From Catajapyx aquilonaris (lineage: Eukaryota), in assembly GCA_000934665.2 (NCBI GenBank), contig KZ538397.1, positions 1-64,000 on the forward strand: a stretch of DNA of 64,000 bases, in the 5' to 3' direction. Position numbers and translations under genes: made by a program. Positions 61,019 to 64,000 of the stretch are shown piece after piece. A model generated the notes under the pieces. The model saw only the letters and a program-made list of their open reading frames with translations, had not been told where the DNA came from and did not search any database. Each line of letters opens with the position of its first letter. The first letter of the stretch is position 1.

Positions 61019-63251
61019 TGGGATTTTACTTATGTGCTCTGAACATACAAGAAGTAGCCTATATAATAAATCGTTTTCAATTGTTGACATGAACGGGTCT
61101 GTATATACGGTATGAAGTCATGGCCAGTGCATTGGTTGCGCCTGTAGCATAGGCTTACTGCATCACAAAGGTGGCACATGGTTAGCTCTTCACAGTCAGG
61201 ATAATTCCAATATGACCCTTTCAGAAATGTTGCCTCGGGCATTTCCACGGCCGATTGAAATCCCCACCGTACTTGCATAACAAAAATTGCGATTAATGCC
61301 ACTCTGATATTAAAAGTTATACTAATAATTAGGTGTCGCATGCAATCACTTCCAGTAAAGGTGCGTGTACAGTATACCTGTATTAAAATTGCACGTCAAA
61401 CCTATACCCATATGGTATCATCGTTCAGATGTAGAGTGATAGTTGTGGTGTGTGAACGGAGGTGTTGATACCAACGTGTCATACTCTGTGCATGTTTACG
61501 AATGTACGAGAATAATCCTACCTCCCATTAAATTATTAGCCGGCATTTTCGTTTCAGGGGACACAAAAATACGATTGAAAAAAAAACACTGCAGGTTATT
61601 TAAAATGATTGTGACTTTTGTTGTCAGTTGCATGACTGTTTTCAATCAAGCAAGCGTCCTAGAAATGAAAGCGCCTAGGGTATTCAACATTCCTATATTA
61701 CCCAAAACAGCCACCAATTTTCTAGAGTAATAACAATACAATCTTATTACACTCTCCTAACAGCCTAATCCTTATCAGGAACGCTTGATTTCATTAACTA
61801 ACTGTTTCAGGTAAACACTGAATATTTGCAGGCGAATTGTCTCACCCTTTTTTCTAACATTTGAATAAATTTTTTTCAGCGTTTGCTATTCTATTGTCCA
61901 AACAAAGTGATTCTTTCTTAGCATATACAAAGACTATAGCGCTCGGTGTTGGATCCATTCTATTTCGTGTAACCGAGAGATAATACCGCCGTCTATACCC
62001 TACACGCAACTCATTTATTATTTCTTCGTTCTGGAAGTGGTACAAAAAGTTTACGCTTCCTGGGCTGTTCGTCAATCATTCAACAGATCGTAATGCTGTG
62101 TATCGGGAGATTTCACTGTAGACTTGGATCATTTCGTGACACTGTCACTGACTGCTTACTTCCTACATCATTATGTATATGATGAATGTGCATGTGAATA
62201 TTCTCGTTCTGCATAAAATAGCTGCAGTCACACAACTGAGTTATCAGTTATTCGGTGTTTCAGAATTGATCTCAAATACATATAACATATAGAGGAAAAT
62301 TTTGCTGGCGGTTGATATACGGATCATGTTGACTCAATTTTGAAATACAAGGTAGGTATATTTTTAAAAAACACGGTGCATGAGAGTGAATATATCTGGG
62401 ACCAAACTATAGTTTGGCGGCTTATTTCGGCATGTGCCGCAAAAATATTCATTCGTTACAAGATTATAATCGATTTATTGATGACTCATCAGTAAATATT
62501 GTAGGATACAACCGTACTTTGTTAATGTTCATAATGAAAGGTAAATCAAACTATTATGTGTACACTCACCATTGTCATTTAATTGCATTACAGGCTGTAT
62601 TGGGAAACTATTATTCCAGTAATGTTAATTAAATCATAATAATAATAATAGTTTCAATTACAGTTCAATAACTGAGCAAATTAATTAATTATTTTCACGT
62701 GTTGATACGTTGAGGTATATTGTTGATATTGTGTATGTATTATGTAGATATGCCCTTTTTAAGCCCGTATAATAACCTTTTAGGCTGTTATGAAAATAAC
62801 AATATAAAACATGAAAGGATCACAAAAACCGCAGTAAAAATCATAGTGCTCGTACAAACCTGAAGTTTATCACTTCAACTATTAGCCCCATCATTGCTAA
62901 ATAATGCCTAATTACTAGACGGATTAGAGGGTTTAATAAATATAACGAATAGAACTACAAATTGACTCTGTGACAAACCAACTTTTCGCGTTCGCTAAAG
63001 ATAAATTTAAATTCCAGCGTAACTCGATTATAATTATTATCTAAAAAAGTAAAATGATAATCAATTACAAAAATTATCTCAGGATAAAGCACAATGACAG
63101 CTTGTACTCTGTGATCATCGGACAGAAAGAAATCAAAACATCAAATACTCGACTATCGATCTCGAATATAGCAGGGGTAGAATACTATTGGAAAAGGGAA
63201 CTAGCAGGGGAAAAAGTCAACATGAAAGGTCGTGAAAAGGTAGTAAAGTGG

Positions 63252-63325
63252 ACCCCCGCCGGGAGTCGAACCCGGACCTCGGACTCTCATCATCGCCCGT
63301 GTCCTGCCAATTAGACTACAGGGGT
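63252..63325 (-). pseudogene. tRNA-like cloverleaf (tRNA pseudogene or SINE head)
   Basis: ACCCCTG/CGGGGGT acceptor stem, GTCT/GGAC D stem, CCGGG-TTCGACT-CCCGG T arm, CGGGC/GTCCG stem with a 10-nt loop. Confidence 0.6.
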
Positions 63326-64000
63326 CATCATATTGGTATTACAAGGTGTCAGATGCTGTGGGTGGAAGTTATATACACATTTTTTCACACATTCCGTTAT
63401 GAGAATTAACGAACAATTTGTCGCTAACTCTGGGCCTAACTTAAATCGATTCGTATTGTCAAGTGATGGAAGTGTCAGTACCTGAATATTATGGCAGTAT
63501 GGATTAATGGCTGGTTTTTTTTGCATTTTCTCTCCCGTAAATCTTAATGTAGGAATCAAGGGAACCTGTGGGATTTCATTGCTGTAATGTCAAAAATGAA
63601 AAGGAAGTACTCCTCAGTGGACCATTTGCACCAGCGTGGACTGCTTATGCATGCATGACCTCTGAGCCGCATTCAGGGTGCCTGACAAATCTAGGAACAT
63701 TTGGTCCCCAGGAGTTAACTTTGTCAATTTCAAAATATATATTTCGTCCACAATGCCCTCTATACATTTTTTTTTGTTACCATAAAGGCTGTTCTTAACA
63801 GTCCAAACCTTTTTTCCCCCTCCTTCCATTCCAGGCGCCCCCAATTACACAAATCCCATAACTTGAGCCATTCAATTTGAAAGAGCACTCAACTCTTGCC
63901 AACTTTCCTCGCAAACTACATAATAATAGTTCAAGTTATGTTTTCACCATTACATTTCCACTAACTGTAAGATTAAAGCAATACCGGTATACGATATCAT

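Overview
This is an invertebrate, probably arthropod, eukaryotic genomic window. The main feature is a minus-strand multi-exon gene for a type II membrane dipeptidyl peptidase (MEROPS S9B, DPP4/DPP6/DPP10 family). I assembled 15 phase-compatible coding exons by hand between 48779 and 14141 (816 aa plus stop); the first coding exon is not firmly located. The protein has a DPP6/DPP10-type N-terminus and transmembrane anchor but keeps an intact Ser-Asp-His triad, and two of its 14 introns appear to need non-canonical GC donors. At the left end is a minus-strand C2H2 zinc-finger exon whose fifth finger is cut off by a frameshift and stop, plus a duplicated finger remnant. Introns and intergenic DNA hold more than 20 palindromic or TIR-bearing non-autonomous DNA transposons (Tc1/mariner-, Kolobok-, P- and Harbinger-like, plus unclassified), several of them nested, along with tRNA-derived SINE-like heads and microsatellites. 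I found no prokaryotic-type system such as CRISPR, and nothing I can claim as a wholly new biological system. Superfamily calls rest on terminal motifs and TSDs read by eye, with no database search.
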